Below, piece after piece: positions 44,140-54,999 of a DNA stretch of 64,000 nucleotides. The position numbers and the translations under genes are program-made. Source of the DNA: Bryobacterales bacterium (lineage in GTDB: Bacteria > Acidobacteriota > Terriglobia > Bryobacterales > UBA6623); contig OY729427.2 in assembly GCA_963422375.2 (NCBI GenBank), forward strand, positions 480,001-544,000, given 5' to 3'. Position 1 is the stretch's first letter; every line of letters begins with the position of its first letter. The notes beneath the pieces are model-generated. The model saw nothing but the letters and a program-made list of their open reading frames with translations. It had not been told where the DNA came from and made no database searches.

Positions 44140-45906
44140 TTAAGAAGGGAGTTCGTCATCTTCGTGTCGGCCACGCCTTCCCGGATGACTGGCGAGTTGA
44201 CCACGTCGGGCAATTGCATGGCGAACCGCACGCGACCGACCGTTGACCTCAGCGGGAATGTGCCCTGGGTGCCCGTGGCGACCGCCACCGCGTCGTGGAT
44301 CTCCTCGGCGCTCAGCCGCCGCACGGGGTGGCGCGCGAAGAAGCGCTCGTGGCCGGGACTCCAAGCGCCATCGTAGGACGCGGACAGCTGGTAGGTCCGC
44401 GAGCTCACGATCTCGCACATGAGCGTCTTGAGATAGAAGCGCCCGGCAATCAAGACGTCGGCTAGGTGCTCGAGCAATGCGAGATGGGACGGCTGGATGG
44501 TCCACGGAGACTCGGGCGGGGCCGCCGGGTCGAGGCGCTTGGGATCGAAGCCATGCTCGGGCTCGACTAGACCACGCGAGAAGAAGGTCCGCCAGACGCG
44601 GTTGACGAGATTGCGAGCGAACTGGCGATCGGCCGTCAGCAGACGTGCCAAGGCCGCCATGGGCCGCTCGCCGGGCCGCGGCGCGCCGCCGCCGAATGGG
44701 TACCGCGGGCTGACCCGGCGAGAGCCGCCGTTGTCGGACCTGTGCCTCTTCGGGCGGTTTCCGTGGGATGTGTCGGCATAATACGCGCCAGACTCGCGAA
44801 TCGACCCGCGTTCTCCGGGCCGCACGACGTTCACGTGCCAGAACGGTGCTTTCGGGCCGCCGGGCCGCCCGGATGGGCTCGGAAGTCTATACGGTGACGG
44901 ATAGATCTCGAGCTGCTGGAAGAATGCCGCCAAGCCCCAGCCGTCGGCCCGACGCGCATCCCTGCCCCACAGGCTTACGGAATCGAGACGGCCCGCTCCG
45001 TCATGGCACAGGATGCAATCCACGACCGCGAGGCCTAGTAGGTCCCGCGCGACGCGCGACGAGGGACGCCAGGCGGTCGAAGGTGTCTTGCACGGGCCCG
45101 CCCGGGTGATAGCCGCCCACTAAGTAGTTGGCCGCCCGCGGCCGTACTCGCTCGTCAGCAAGGAAGACCTGGTATGTGGCGAAGTCGCGGAATGGCGAAG
45201 CTCGCGATGTCGGCGTGGGCCAGTTGCGACCGTCGTTGGTGCCGGAGGCAGTCAGCAGGTTCCTGACAAGGCGGTCAAAAGCCGTGTTGCGGCGTATCGC
45301 GGCGCGAATGTACAAGTGCAAGGAGTCGCGCCCAGCGAAGCGGTTGATCAGCGTCGTCCTCTCCGTGTTGGCAAGCAGGTCGCCGACGAACAGGGTCCAG
45401 CGGTCCGCCCACTGCGGGCTGGCAAGGAGGCGCTCGACGACACGCTCGCGCTTGTCGGAGGACGCATCTTGCAGAAACGAAGTCACTTCGGCGACTGTCG
45501 GAATGCGCCCGGTAAGGTCTAGGCTGACTCGGCGCAGGAACCGTGCGTCGTTGCAGGCGGCGGCAGGCGGTATCCCCTTGCGCTCGAGCTCGGCGAACAC
45601 TAAATCGTCGATCGAGTTCACTTGGGCAGGGCCGCCGGACGAAGCTGAGGCACGGGCCGAGGCCGCGCGAGCCGGCGCCGGAGAGTGCCGCGGACTCGGC
45701 AGCCGGGAGGAAACGGTCGCGTTCAGTTCCGCCTGCCGGCGCGCATCTTGAAGCAGCGGGCCGAGCCCCGCACCTAGGAAGTGCCGGCCGGCGTCGCCCG
45801 AATAGGTGCATTGCGCGTGTTCCAGCCCGTCGCTGGCGCTGGGGGCCGGGGATCCAGCCAAAGCAACCCAGAGCGAGGCTAGAAGCAGTACGGAAGGCCC
45901 AAGCAT
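44140..45906 (-). pseudogene. DUF1549/DUF1553-type protein, frameshifted and 3'-truncated by IS1595
   Basis: FLRRVSLDLTGRIP, CILCH, VNRVW..FFSRGLVEP, RRLSAEEIHDA; 7-bp duplication at 45047-45060 shifts the frame. Confidence 0.85.
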
Positions 45907-46099
45907 GGACCCCAAACTCGGCTGCCGGGCCGACCCCCGGCACAAGGAGGCATTGGCCCGAGGCCCAATCGATCATAACACCCGTTTATCGGCGGCAATC
46001 GAGTTTCTCGTACGCGAGATTCCTAACCTACCCTCCAACGCGAGACGATCCCTGGTTGACGGGCTGGAGGTGACGAGTGTCCCAGCGAGTGCGGCCGCT

Positions 46100-46200
46100 G
46101 CTCGCAACCGGCAAGGCGCAACTGCGGACTCGGTCGGTGTGCCACCGCACCGATGACGCGATCCGGGGCCATTTGTTCTGATCGGTTCTCGCCTCGGATT
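46100..46200 (+). pseudogene. Short remnant of an IS1634-like transposase C-terminus
   Basis: Translates to TGKAQLRTRSVCHRTDDAIRGHLF*SVLA, resembling the family's K..L.TRP.FH......IRGHVFCSFLA motif. Confidence 0.55.
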
Positions 46201-47230
46201 TTCCGAAGTCGACGCGCGGAGCGAGTCCCGAGCCTGTCGAAAGTCACTATTTCACAAGCAGTATCCGGGATCGGTGGAACAGAGTCCGTCTAATTTGTCC
46301 TGTCGAGGTTCTGAGGCGGGTCCACTCGGCTGGAGCCCTCATCCCGGCCTTCGAACTGTCACTGCCGGGCCGAGAGTCCGTGCCGGGGCTGTTGGGCGGG
46401 GCATCACGCGCCTCAGCGGCGGCGCGACCGGTCCGTGCTGATCCTTGCCGGTCCCGCATGCGGCTGGTGCGCTTCTCCCGGCTCGTCGGAGCCATCCCAT
46501 ATTGGGACATCGCTAGGGAGACGCCACGGGATGTCTGAACGTTGGTGCCCAAGCGGGACTTGGGCCGCTTGCTCGAGCCGCTGGCGGAACGACGCGCCGC
46601 GCGCCTGGCGCTGCGCAGGCGGGCGTGAAGGACGGCAGTCCTCTCTATCTGTCCATTCGCCACTTTGCATTGCCGCTCCTCTTGAACCGCCTGATCGAAG
46701 ATCTGCTAACCGCTTGCTTTCGGTCCTGCCAACAACCTCTGCTAGCAGGGAAGAATCGCCTCAACAATATCGCCCCTGAACTTGCTTCATCAATCCCCCA
46801 ATTGTGGGGTCTGCTTGTCTCCATATTTTAGATTCGATTTTCGAAATTCTGCTTCTATTCCTCGATCTGGCCGATCTTGGCGTCTGAGAGGACACGATGA
46901 ATCGTCCCGATCTGTTGTCGCTCGTCACGTGTGGGACAATTGAACGGAACTTCAAAGTTGATCGCCTTCTGCGTCGTGCAGCGTCACGCTTCCGTCGAAG
47001 GGCCGAGGGCCAACCTGATGCGAGACCGGCAATCGACGGAGCTCCGGCAACGTAGATCCTTCGTCGCGCTACCCCGTCCAGCCCTGCGTAGTCGGGCTTG
47101 CCGACCCGGCCAGAGACCCGAGGGCTCGGAAATGGCGACGGCCGCACGGCCGTCCGATGGCGCTCCGGTCGATCCCGAACTCGCCTGATTCGCGCAACCG
47201 ACCAATCATCCGGCTGGCCACGCCGCCGCC

Positions 47231-49690
47231 CTAGGCCCAGCGCCCGAGAATCGGCAGCCAGCCCTTGCGAGCGACCAGCTCCACCAGATTCAGGATGATC
47301 GCCAGAGACAGCAGCAGCGGCCACAGATCCATCCAGCGCGAGACCGTCCGCCCTCCGGTGTCGAAGACGCGCTCCGGTGCCGGGTCCGTCCGACCGCCGG
47401 TCGCCGCCGCAATCGACCGCAGCAGCTCGCTGTCCGCCCCGTAGCGCGACAGCTCCGAGTTCTCTCGATAGTGCCCTGCTTCGGGAAACTCGCGGGAGTC
47501 CTCGGCGGGCCGTACGCGAAACAGGCCGTAGCGGCCCGCGACGGGAAACCGCGCTTCGTACCTTCCACCGCCGGCCGGCCTCGGTCGCGCGACGTGTCGG
47601 TAGCCCTGCGGGCCGATCGCGAACAGATCAGGCAACCCAACGTCGGGGGCGTCGCGAGACGTGCGGTAGCGGACCACGATCTCGTCCGTAGCCGGGTCAA
47701 ACCCGGTCTCCGTGTCGGTCGCAGCCGCTCGGGGCAGGATGTCGCGGAGCGCGTTCGACCAGAACCTGTCGAAACCGTTCCAAGCCACCCAGTTCGTCGC
47801 CCAGCGGTCCTTCGAGTCCGAGGCGAACACGGACGAGCGTCCCAGGCCGTACTGCCAGCGCACGAACAGCGGGTCGTCGTCGGCCGCATGCAGGATCGTT
47901 TCCGCGTCGGGCTTGGCCTCGAACTTCACCCAACCCAAGAGCGGACCCGGCTCGCTCAGGTCTAGGCCCTCCACTATCTCGAATTCGCGGTCCGCGAACG
48001 GCACGAATTCCCTCTCCGTGACGGACGTCCCGGTATGCTCCATCACGTCCTTGAGAACGATTTGCTCGAGGTTCGAAATGTCGATGAGGAAGTAGGACCG
48101 TCCCTCGGCGCTGCGTGCGACGCGCTCCAAGTAGGACCGGTTCACGTCCTGGCCGAGGCCGATGGTCGAGATGGTCACCTCGTTCGACGCCGCCTCGCGG
48201 GCCAGCGCGATGCTGTCGCCTTCCTCGGAAATTCCGTCGGTCAGCAGCAGGATGTGCTTGTATACGGCTTGCTGCTCCCTGATGAGACGGTAGGCCTCGG
48301 CCAGCGCCGGCGCGATCTGAGTGCCCCCGTCAGCGACAATCCCGCTGATCATCTGCTTGGTCCGCGCCGGGTACTCGTTCCGCTCGAGCGGCACCGCCCA
48401 TTCGAAGGAGTTGTCGAAGGCCAGCACCCCCGCGTTGTCGATCGCGCGCAGGTTCTCTATGACGCCGATCGCCGACTGGCGCGCCAAGTGCATCTTCTTG
48501 CCTTCCATCGACGAAGACTTGTCCACGACCAAGACGACCGCCGTGCCTTCGGGTGTCCTCGGCGGCGCGAGGGTCGCAGGCAGCATGCCCCGGAGCGGGT
48601 CGGCACCCGACCCCTCGCGCTCCCGGTACAGGTTTCGCTCGCCGGCGATGAGAAGGAAGCCCCCGCCGTCGCGTACGAAGGCCGCCAGACGCTCCTTGAC
48701 GGCATCGGGCCACGCCTCGAAGTCGGCGTTCGAACACACCACCACGTCGTAATCCAGCAGATCCTGCGCCGACACGGCGAGGGCACTCGCAGCCAGGTCG
48801 AGTTCAAATCCGGCCGCACGCGCGACACTGCCAAGGGGCGCGTTCTGATCGGGAGTGTCCGGAGACACGAGCAAGGCGCGCGGCGTTCGAATCGAGACGG
48901 ATGCCGCAAACCGGAGTTCGCCGCTCTCGCCCGCGTCCAGCCGGCCCTCGAGGAGAGTCGCGCCAGGCGACTCGATCCTGGCGCGGGCCGTGACAGCGTG
49001 CCTGCCCTCGGACAGCCTCGCGTCGCTAGCCCCGATCAAGCGTCCGTCCGCCCGGAGTTCGAGGCGCGCCTGCAGGCTCCCGGGACTGTCTACGTCGAAC
49101 TCGATCGGAAACCGCTCGCCAGCGAAGGCTTGGTCGGGCACGCGGACGCCGGCCAAGCTCATCCGAGGCCTTTCCCTGCCCGCCAAGGGGAGGGTGTCGA
49201 TGGGAACGTTCCTCTTCCACGCTTGGTACACCGCCCGCTCCACCGCCCCTTCATTGGCGAGGCCGTCGCTCGCCAGGACAAGCCGGGGTATGCGGTCGGC
49301 AGGAAGAGCTCCCAAGGCGTTGCGGATCGCGGACTCGATATTCGTCGAGCGAACCGCGCCCGGATCGCTGATCTTGCGGAGGGGCACGGCCGCGAACTCG
49401 AGCTCGCGAAGGGTGTGGCCGGAACTGGATCTCCGGGCCATGCGCAGGAAGTCCTCCTGCTGGCCGCGCTGCTCGTCGGGGATGCTCTGCGAGGCGTCGC
49501 GCAGGACCGCGACCGCGGTGTGCGTCTCGCGGATGCGCCACTGGGGCTGTGCCAAGGCGAGGCAGACGAATGCGAGCGCGAGCGCCTTGAGCAGCAGCCC
49601 GAGGCGCCTCGGGGTCCGCTTCCACTCCCAAGCGCACCAAGCCACCAGCGGAACCAGCAGCAGGAACGCCCAACCCGCCCCGTAGGTCAC
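47231..49690 (-). CDS. Membrane-anchored VWA-domain protein with GATase-like domain
   Basis: VVDKSSSM MIDAS, LLLTDG, WQYGLGRS; N- and C-terminal TM; GTG start overlaps upstream stop. Confidence 0.85.
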   Translation of the reverse strand: MTYGAGWAFLLLVPLVAWCAWEWKRTPRRLGLLLKALALAFVCLALAQPQWRIRETHTAVAVLRDASQSIPDEQRGQQEDFLRMARRSSSGHTLRELEFAAVPLRKISDPGAVRSTNIESAIRNALGALPADRIPRLVLASDGLANEGAVERAVYQAWKRNVPIDTLPLAGRERPRMSLAGVRVPDQAFAGERFPIEFDVDSPGSLQARLELRADGRLIGASDARLSEGRHAVTARARIESPGATLLEGRLDAGESGELRFAASVSIRTPRALLVSPDTPDQNAPLGSVARAAGFELDLAASALAVSAQDLLDYDVVVCSNADFEAWPDAVKERLAAFVRDGGGFLLIAGERNLYREREGSGADPLRGMLPATLAPPRTPEGTAVVLVVDKSSSMEGKKMHLARQSAIGVIENLRAIDNAGVLAFDNSFEWAVPLERNEYPARTKQMISGIVADGGTQIAPALAEAYRLIREQQAVYKHILLLTDGISEEGDSIALAREAASNEVTISTIGLGQDVNRSYLERVARSAEGRSYFLIDISNLEQIVLKDVMEHTGTSVTEREFVPFADREFEIVEGLDLSEPGPLLGWVKFEAKPDAETILHAADDDPLFVRWQYGLGRSSVFASDSKDRWATNWVAWNGFDRFWSNALRDILPRAAATDTETGFDPATDEIVVRYRTSRDAPDVGLPDLFAIGPQGYRHVARPRPAGGGRYEARFPVAGRYGLFRVRPAEDSREFPEAGHYRENSELSRYGADSELLRSIAAATGGRTDPAPERVFDTGGRTVSRWMDLWPLLLSLAIILNLVELVARKGWLPILGRWA

Positions 49691-51603
49691 GCCACCCCCG
49701 CTTCCGGTCGCCGCTCGTCGTCGGGCAGGATTTCCGGCGACGCCCGGCGCCCCCGCCCGAAGCGGCTCCAGTCGTACAGGAGAATCGCGGCGGCAAGCGC
49801 GGCGAGCCACGGCCACGAAATCCACGGCTCGCCGCCGCCCGCGACGCGCGAGGGCACGCCGTGGCGCACCTCGGCAGGGGGATCCCATACCGACGACGCC
49901 ACCTGCGGCTGGCTCAGCGACAGCGTGACGTCGCGGTCAGCCGTCACGACACGGTACTTCCCCGGCCGCCCGGCAAAGAAGCGTACTTTACCTCCCGCCA
50001 GGATCCACGGAACCGCTTCGCCCCGGTCCGTCCGCACGGCGATCTCCTGGCGGGCGGAATTGGGAGCCTCGACCTCCACGATGCCTGCGGGCCGCGCCTC
50101 GACCAGCTCGGCCCGGAAGACGTCGGGGTCGAGCCACGCGACCGCGTTGGCGAAGAGCAGCGGGGCGGCCAGCCGGTTGCGAACGGAATCGCCGGCGAGG
50201 TCGAAGCCGAACGCCACCAGCCTGCTGTCGGCGCTCGCCCGTGCGAGGACAACCGGGCCCTCGTCGGTCCGCGCGACAATCTCATCGTCTTGGCGTGCGT
50301 CGAACACGCGGGCCCTCTCCGGGACTAGGTCGCGGTCCCGCACGCCGCGCGCCAGCGGGTGGGTGACCGACCACTCGCGCACGGCGCGGCCCCGGACCTC
50401 GCGCGACGCGCTGACCGGGGACGCCGTGCCGGGCGGCGCGAGGTAGATGGCCCTTCTCGAGGAGCCGGCCTCCCCGCCCCGCGCCCAGACATGGATCGCG
50501 TCGTCTTCCAGTTCGGCGCGGGAATCCACGAAGCTCGGCTCGAGCCGGGCGCCGGAAGCGAGCAGCGGCTCGAACGACTCCGCCGAGCCGCCGATCACCT
50601 GCAGGCGCGTGCGGCGCACGCTGGGAATCGCGATTCTCGCCGCGTTGTTGCCGGGATAGTCGTCCTGCTCGGCCAGGCGCGCCTCCAGCAGCCCGGGACG
50701 CTCGGTCTGCAGGCTGAATCCCAGCTCGCTGTCCCCGCCTGCCTTGAAGTCGAGCACGCGGTGGCCCAGCGGCTTGTCGTCGAAATAGAAGTCGACGCGG
50801 GCGCTCGCGGGCCCGGAGCCGAGGCTGCGCGCCCCCAGCGAGACGGCCCACTTCCCGGGTACGGCCGGGTCGGCGGCGGCCCGCAAGACCAGCAGGCCGA
50901 AGGCGTCGCGAGGCTCCCCCGTCGCCACGTGGCGCAGCAGCGGCAGGCCGCCCGTGCCGACTGGCCCGCCCTCGTGCAGGCCCGGACCCACGTAGACCGT
51001 CTCGCCGATTCCGGGCCCGCCCGCGGCGAGATCCCCGGAGACGTCGAGGGCCAAGCGAAGAGTGCCTCCCGCCAAGTCGAAGGCGGCATCCAAGTCAAGC
51101 GCCGTCCAGCCGGGCTCGGCCGCGAGGATCGCCTCCCGCAGCCGCTGACGGTCCGAGGTGAAGGGGACTCGCACGGACGGAGCCCCGTCCGCCTCGACCA
51201 AGAGGATGCGGTCGGAACCGGGCACGCTCTCGAGATAGCGCAGAGCGAGCGCCCTGCCTTGGTCCATGAGCGGCGTGCCGTCTGCGTCCGAAAGGGCCAT
51301 CGCGGCCGAGGTGTCGAGCACGACGACGCGATGGCGAGAAGCGCCGCCGCCGCCGGGACGCGGGTCGGCGATCGCCAGCAGCAGCAGGAAGACTGCCGCG
51401 AGCTGGAGCAGCAGCGAGAGAGGGTGCTGGATCCTCTTGTGCCGCTGGCGGACGGCGGGGGCCGGGCGACGGGGCCAGAATTGCAGGGTGGACACGAGGA
51501 CCCTGCGCCGCGACCGGTCGTAGAAGTACAGCGCCACAAGCAAGCCCGCCACCGACAGGAAGAGTCCGAGCAGCTGGCCGAGCGCCAGATTGAGCAGTCC
51601 CAT
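49687..51603 (-). CDS. BatA/VWA-domain membrane protein
   Basis: N-terminal double TM with VSTLQFW and LLLLAIADP, VLDTSAAM, C-terminal TM. Confidence 0.8.
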   Translation of the reverse strand: MGLLNLALGQLLGLFLSVAGLLVALYFYDRSRRRVLVSTLQFWPRRPAPAVRQRHKRIQHPLSLLLQLAAVFLLLLAIADPRPGGGGASRHRVVVLDTSAAMALSDADGTPLMDQGRALALRYLESVPGSDRILLVEADGAPSVRVPFTSDRQRLREAILAAEPGWTALDLDAAFDLAGGTLRLALDVSGDLAAGGPGIGETVYVGPGLHEGGPVGTGGLPLLRHVATGEPRDAFGLLVLRAAADPAVPGKWAVSLGARSLGSGPASARVDFYFDDKPLGHRVLDFKAGGDSELGFSLQTERPGLLEARLAEQDDYPGNNAARIAIPSVRRTRLQVIGGSAESFEPLLASGARLEPSFVDSRAELEDDAIHVWARGGEAGSSRRAIYLAPPGTASPVSASREVRGRAVREWSVTHPLARGVRDRDLVPERARVFDARQDDEIVARTDEGPVVLARASADSRLVAFGFDLAGDSVRNRLAAPLLFANAVAWLDPDVFRAELVEARPAGIVEVEAPNSARQEIAVRTDRGEAVPWILAGGKVRFFAGRPGKYRVVTADRDVTLSLSQPQVASSVWDPPAEVRHGVPSRVAGGGEPWISWPWLAALAAAILLYDWSRFGRGRRASPEILPDDERRPEAGVA

Positions 51604-51607
51604 GGCG

Positions 51608-52525
51608 CTACGCCCGCAATGCCCCTCCCGTGCCCGTGCGGGTCGCCGGCATCTGGCGGAACAAGGCCTGGGCCAGCGGGGTCGAGGTCGAGAGATGGGC
51701 GTAGTGCGTCCGCGAACGCACGGCCTGGCGCTCCAATTCCGCGCAAAACTGGTCGTAGGCCTGGGTGTACTCCCGGGCCGAGCGGGCATCCAAGCTGACT
51801 CGCACCATGGCGCCGGACTCCGCGTCGCAGAGATCCAGATCGCCTCTCCACGGCGGCTCGCGGTCGAAGGGCCCGGCTAGGTGCAGGAGATGCACCTCGT
51901 GGCCCTCGTTCGCCAGGTGCTCGAGCGGCACGTCCTGACCCGCCGGGGCGAGGAAGTCGCTCAGCACGAAGGTCAGGCCGGGAACCCTGTACTTCATCAG
52001 GTAGTCGCGGACCGGTCTCTGGAACGACGTGCCTCCGCCCGTGCTGAGCCCGGAGATATAGCGGGCCGCCTGCGCGAAACGCAGCCTGCCGCCGTGGGCG
52101 CGGAACGAGTCGGCGAGCGCCGACCCGAACGGCTGCAGGACAATGGTCTCTAGGCGAACCAAGCCGACGTAGCAGAGCGCCGCGGCCAGGCGGCAGGCGT
52201 AGGCGAACTTCGCCTCGGACTCGCGGGAGCCCCCGCAAGCCATGGACTCGCTGGTGTCGATCAGGATGCGCACGGGAATGCGCGGCTCGGAGCGGAAGAG
52301 CTTGAGGAACAGCCGCTCGAGCCGCATGTAGGCGCGCCAGTTGACGGCGCGCAGATCGTCGCCGCGCTGGAAGTGCCGGTGGTCGAGGAACTCGTGACCG
52401 ACTCCCGGGTAGCGGGAGACGATGTCACCGCCGATCCGGCCGCGGAACGACTGGCTCCAGCGGATCGTGAGCCGCTCGAGCCGCTCCAGCATCTCCCGGC
52501 TGAGCAGTTCGGCCGGGGCGCGCAT
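51608..52525 (-). CDS. DUF58 domain protein
   Basis: EFLDHRHFQRGDDLRAVNW, LIDTSESM, LSDFL. Confidence 0.9.
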   Translation of the reverse strand: MRAPAELLSREMLERLERLTIRWSQSFRGRIGGDIVSRYPGVGHEFLDHRHFQRGDDLRAVNWRAYMRLERLFLKLFRSEPRIPVRILIDTSESMACGGSRESEAKFAYACRLAAALCYVGLVRLETIVLQPFGSALADSFRAHGGRLRFAQAARYISGLSTGGGTSFQRPVRDYLMKYRVPGLTFVLSDFLAPAGQDVPLEHLANEGHEVHLLHLAGPFDREPPWRGDLDLCDAESGAMVRVSLDARSAREYTQAYDQFCAELERQAVRSRTHYAHLSTSTPLAQALFRQMPATRTGTGGALRA

Positions 52526-52609
52526 CGCTCCAGCGTACCAACGGAGCGAGGGAGCGCCCGCCGGGCGCGCGTGCGGCAGGCATGCGTGCTAGCCTGAGTC
52601 CAGTCGGCG

Positions 52610-53500
52610 ATGCGGATCGGCCAATTGCTCGCGGACGGGCCGCCGACGGTGTCGTTCGAATTCTTCCCGCCCAAGGATGAGAACGGCTTTTCCCGTCTAT
52701 TCAAAGCGATCGCTTCGCTGCAGCCGCTGCGCCCGAGCTTCGTGTCGGTGACCTACGGCGCGGGGGGCAGCACGAGGCGCAAGACCGTCGACCTGGTCGT
52801 GCGCATCAAGCGCGAGACCGGCATCGAGGCGATGGCGCATCTGACCTGCGTCGGCTCGCCCGAGGGCGAGCTGGCCGGCGTGCTCGACGCGCTGGAGCGC
52901 GGGGGCGTGGAAAACGTCCTGGCGCTGCGGGGGGACCCGCCCCGCGGACGCGACCGATTCGAGCCGGTCGAGGGCGGATTCCGCTACGCCAGCGAGCTCG
53001 TCGAATTCGTCAGGGCGCGGTACGGCTTCTGCGTGGGCGGTGCCTGCTACCCGGAAATCCATCCCGAGGCGCCGAGCCCCGAAGCGGACCTCGCCCACCT
53101 CAGGATCAAGGTGGAGGCCGGAGCGGAATTCCTCATAACGCAGCTCTTCTTCGACAACGACGATTTCCTGCGCTTCAGGGACCAAGCGGCAGGCGCGGGG
53201 ATCCGCGCGCCAATCGTGGCCGGGATCATGCCCGTCCGCAGCCTGGAGCAGACGCGGCGCTTCGCGCAGATGTGCGGAGCGAGAATCCCGGCCGGCCTGC
53301 TCTCCCGACTGGAAGCCGCCCAGGACAATCCCCGTGACGTGCGGCGCATCGGTATCGACCACGCGACCATGCAGTGCCGCCAGCTCCTCGAGGCCGGCGT
53401 GGCCGGCCTGCACTTCTACACGCTGAACCACTCGACGGCGACCTTGGCCATCTACGGCGCCGTCCGCGACTTGCTCGGAGCCCAGCGAACGGCTGCCTGA
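52610..53500 (+). CDS. metF: 5,10-methylenetetrahydrofolate reductase
   Basis: SFEFFPPK, SVTYGAGG, AHLTC, LALRGD, ITQLFFD, HFYTLN. Confidence 0.96.
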   Translation: MRIGQLLADGPPTVSFEFFPPKDENGFSRLFKAIASLQPLRPSFVSVTYGAGGSTRRKTVDLVVRIKRETGIEAMAHLTCVGSPEGELAGVLDALERGGVENVLALRGDPPRGRDRFEPVEGGFRYASELVEFVRARYGFCVGGACYPEIHPEAPSPEADLAHLRIKVEAGAEFLITQLFFDNDDFLRFRDQAAGAGIRAPIVAGIMPVRSLEQTRRFAQMCGARIPAGLLSRLEAAQDNPRDVRRIGIDHATMQCRQLLEAGVAGLHFYTLNHSTATLAIYGAVRDLLGAQRTAA

Positions 53501-53502
53501 GC

Positions 53503-54999
53503 TCAGGCCTCGGGGTATTCCATCGTCAGGGGGTCGGGGAGCGGGATCGCCCGGATCCCGGCGTCTCCCGCCATGGACTCGAAGGAGAACTCCGGACGGT
53601 CTGGGTTGCCGACGAGAACCGACTGGCGGTCTCCGACCACCAGCACGACGAGTCTGTCCGGGCGGAGGTGCGCCTGCGCCGCGTCGAGGACGTCGTCCGC
53701 GCTGACCGCCGCAACCCTCTCGCGGTACGTCTTCCAGTAATCCTTCTCGCGGCCGGTGAACTCGTCGGAGGCGAAGGTGCCGGCGACCTGGCCCGCGGTG
53801 GCGAAGAACCGCGGGAAGATCTCGACTGCGTAGTTCTTGGCGGTGTCGAGCTCCTCGCCGGTTACCTTGCCGTCCTGGATGCGCCGCATCTCCTCCATCA
53901 CGATGGCGGCGGCTTGGGCGCAGGTGGCATTGCGCGACTGGAAGCCCGCCTGGAACGTGCCGGGATAGTAGGTGCCGGGCTGGAATCTGGAGTACGCGCT
54001 GTAGGCGAGGCCTTCGTCCGAGCGGACGCGCGTCATGATTCGCGAGGTGAAGCCGCCGCCACCGAGGATGGAGTTCATGATGCGGACCTTGAAGGCGTCG
54101 GGATGGTCTCGCTGGATGCCCAGGTGGCCGAGCGCCACGTGCGACTGGTTCACGTCGCGACCAGTCTTGTCCACGACGTAGACGCCCGGGCGGGGCGCGT
54201 TCTGCGGGGCTGGAATCGCGGCCGGTTCGAGGGTGGCGGGCGGCCAGCCCCCGGCCAGCGCCTCGTCAAGGCGACGCACCATGTCGTCCGTGTCGAAGTC
54301 CCCCGACACGGAAAAGTACATGCGCGACGGATCGAAGCTCCGCGCGTGGAAGCGCTGCATTGCCTCGCGGGAAACCGCCTGGATGGAAGACTCCGTCGAT
54401 TGCACGGTGGTGAAGTGCTCGCCCCGCAGCAGGCGACCGAACTCGCGCGAGAGAATCGATGCTAGGCGATCATTGCGCCGCGGGAGTCCCTGCAGCGTGC
54501 GGGCCCGAGCGACCTCCAAGCGCTCGGCGTCGAAGCCCGGATTCTTGAGCATGTCGAAGAACATGCCGAGAGACTCGTCGAGATTCTGGGCTAGGCAATC
54601 GACGGAACCACCCCCGGAGGTCGAGCCGACGCTGGCCCCGAGCTGCGTGGCGAGGAACGCGGCTTCCTCGTCGAAGTCCCGCGCGCTCCGGGTGGCCGTG
54701 CCCCCAGCGCGCATCTGGCTGCCGGTGAACGATGCCAGGCCGGCGCTCTCGGCCGGCAGCTGGTACGAGCCGGCCCGCAGGGTGAGCGAGACCCGGACCA
54801 AGGGCAGCTGGTGGTCCTCGACGAGGTAGGCGACCGAGCCGGAGGCCAGCTCGCGCCGGAAGGCCGCCGGGTCGGGCGGGTCGTAGCGCAACTGCGGGTA
54901 GACCAGATCCCGGGGGTGCTGCGGGATGCCTTCCTGCGCGCGGGCGGCCGCCGCTAGCGCGCCGCCTCCGACCGTCCTGATCCAGTCGCGCCGCCTCAT
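53503..54999 (-). CDS. M16 family peptidase, non-catalytic subunit, Tat-like signal
   Basis: EDHQLPLV, ILGGGGFTSRI..VRSDEGLAYS; lacks HxxEH. Confidence 0.88.
   Translation of the reverse strand: MRRRDWIRTVGGGALAAAARAQEGIPQHPRDLVYPQLRYDPPDPAAFRRELASGSVAYLVEDHQLPLVRVSLTLRAGSYQLPAESAGLASFTGSQMRAGGTATRSARDFDEEAAFLATQLGASVGSTSGGGSVDCLAQNLDESLGMFFDMLKNPGFDAERLEVARARTLQGLPRRNDRLASILSREFGRLLRGEHFTTVQSTESSIQAVSREAMQRFHARSFDPSRMYFSVSGDFDTDDMVRRLDEALAGGWPPATLEPAAIPAPQNAPRPGVYVVDKTGRDVNQSHVALGHLGIQRDHPDAFKVRIMNSILGGGGFTSRIMTRVRSDEGLAYSAYSRFQPGTYYPGTFQAGFQSRNATCAQAAAIVMEEMRRIQDGKVTGEELDTAKNYAVEIFPRFFATAGQVAGTFASDEFTGREKDYWKTYRERVAAVSADDVLDAAQAHLRPDRLVVLVVGDRQSVLVGNPDRPEFSFESMAGDAGIRAIPLPDPLTMEYPEA

Noticed and set aside
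46200..47230. Intergenic stretch with an AT-richer patch near 46640-46900
   Set aside because: No convincing ORF, repeat or RNA motif identified by eye
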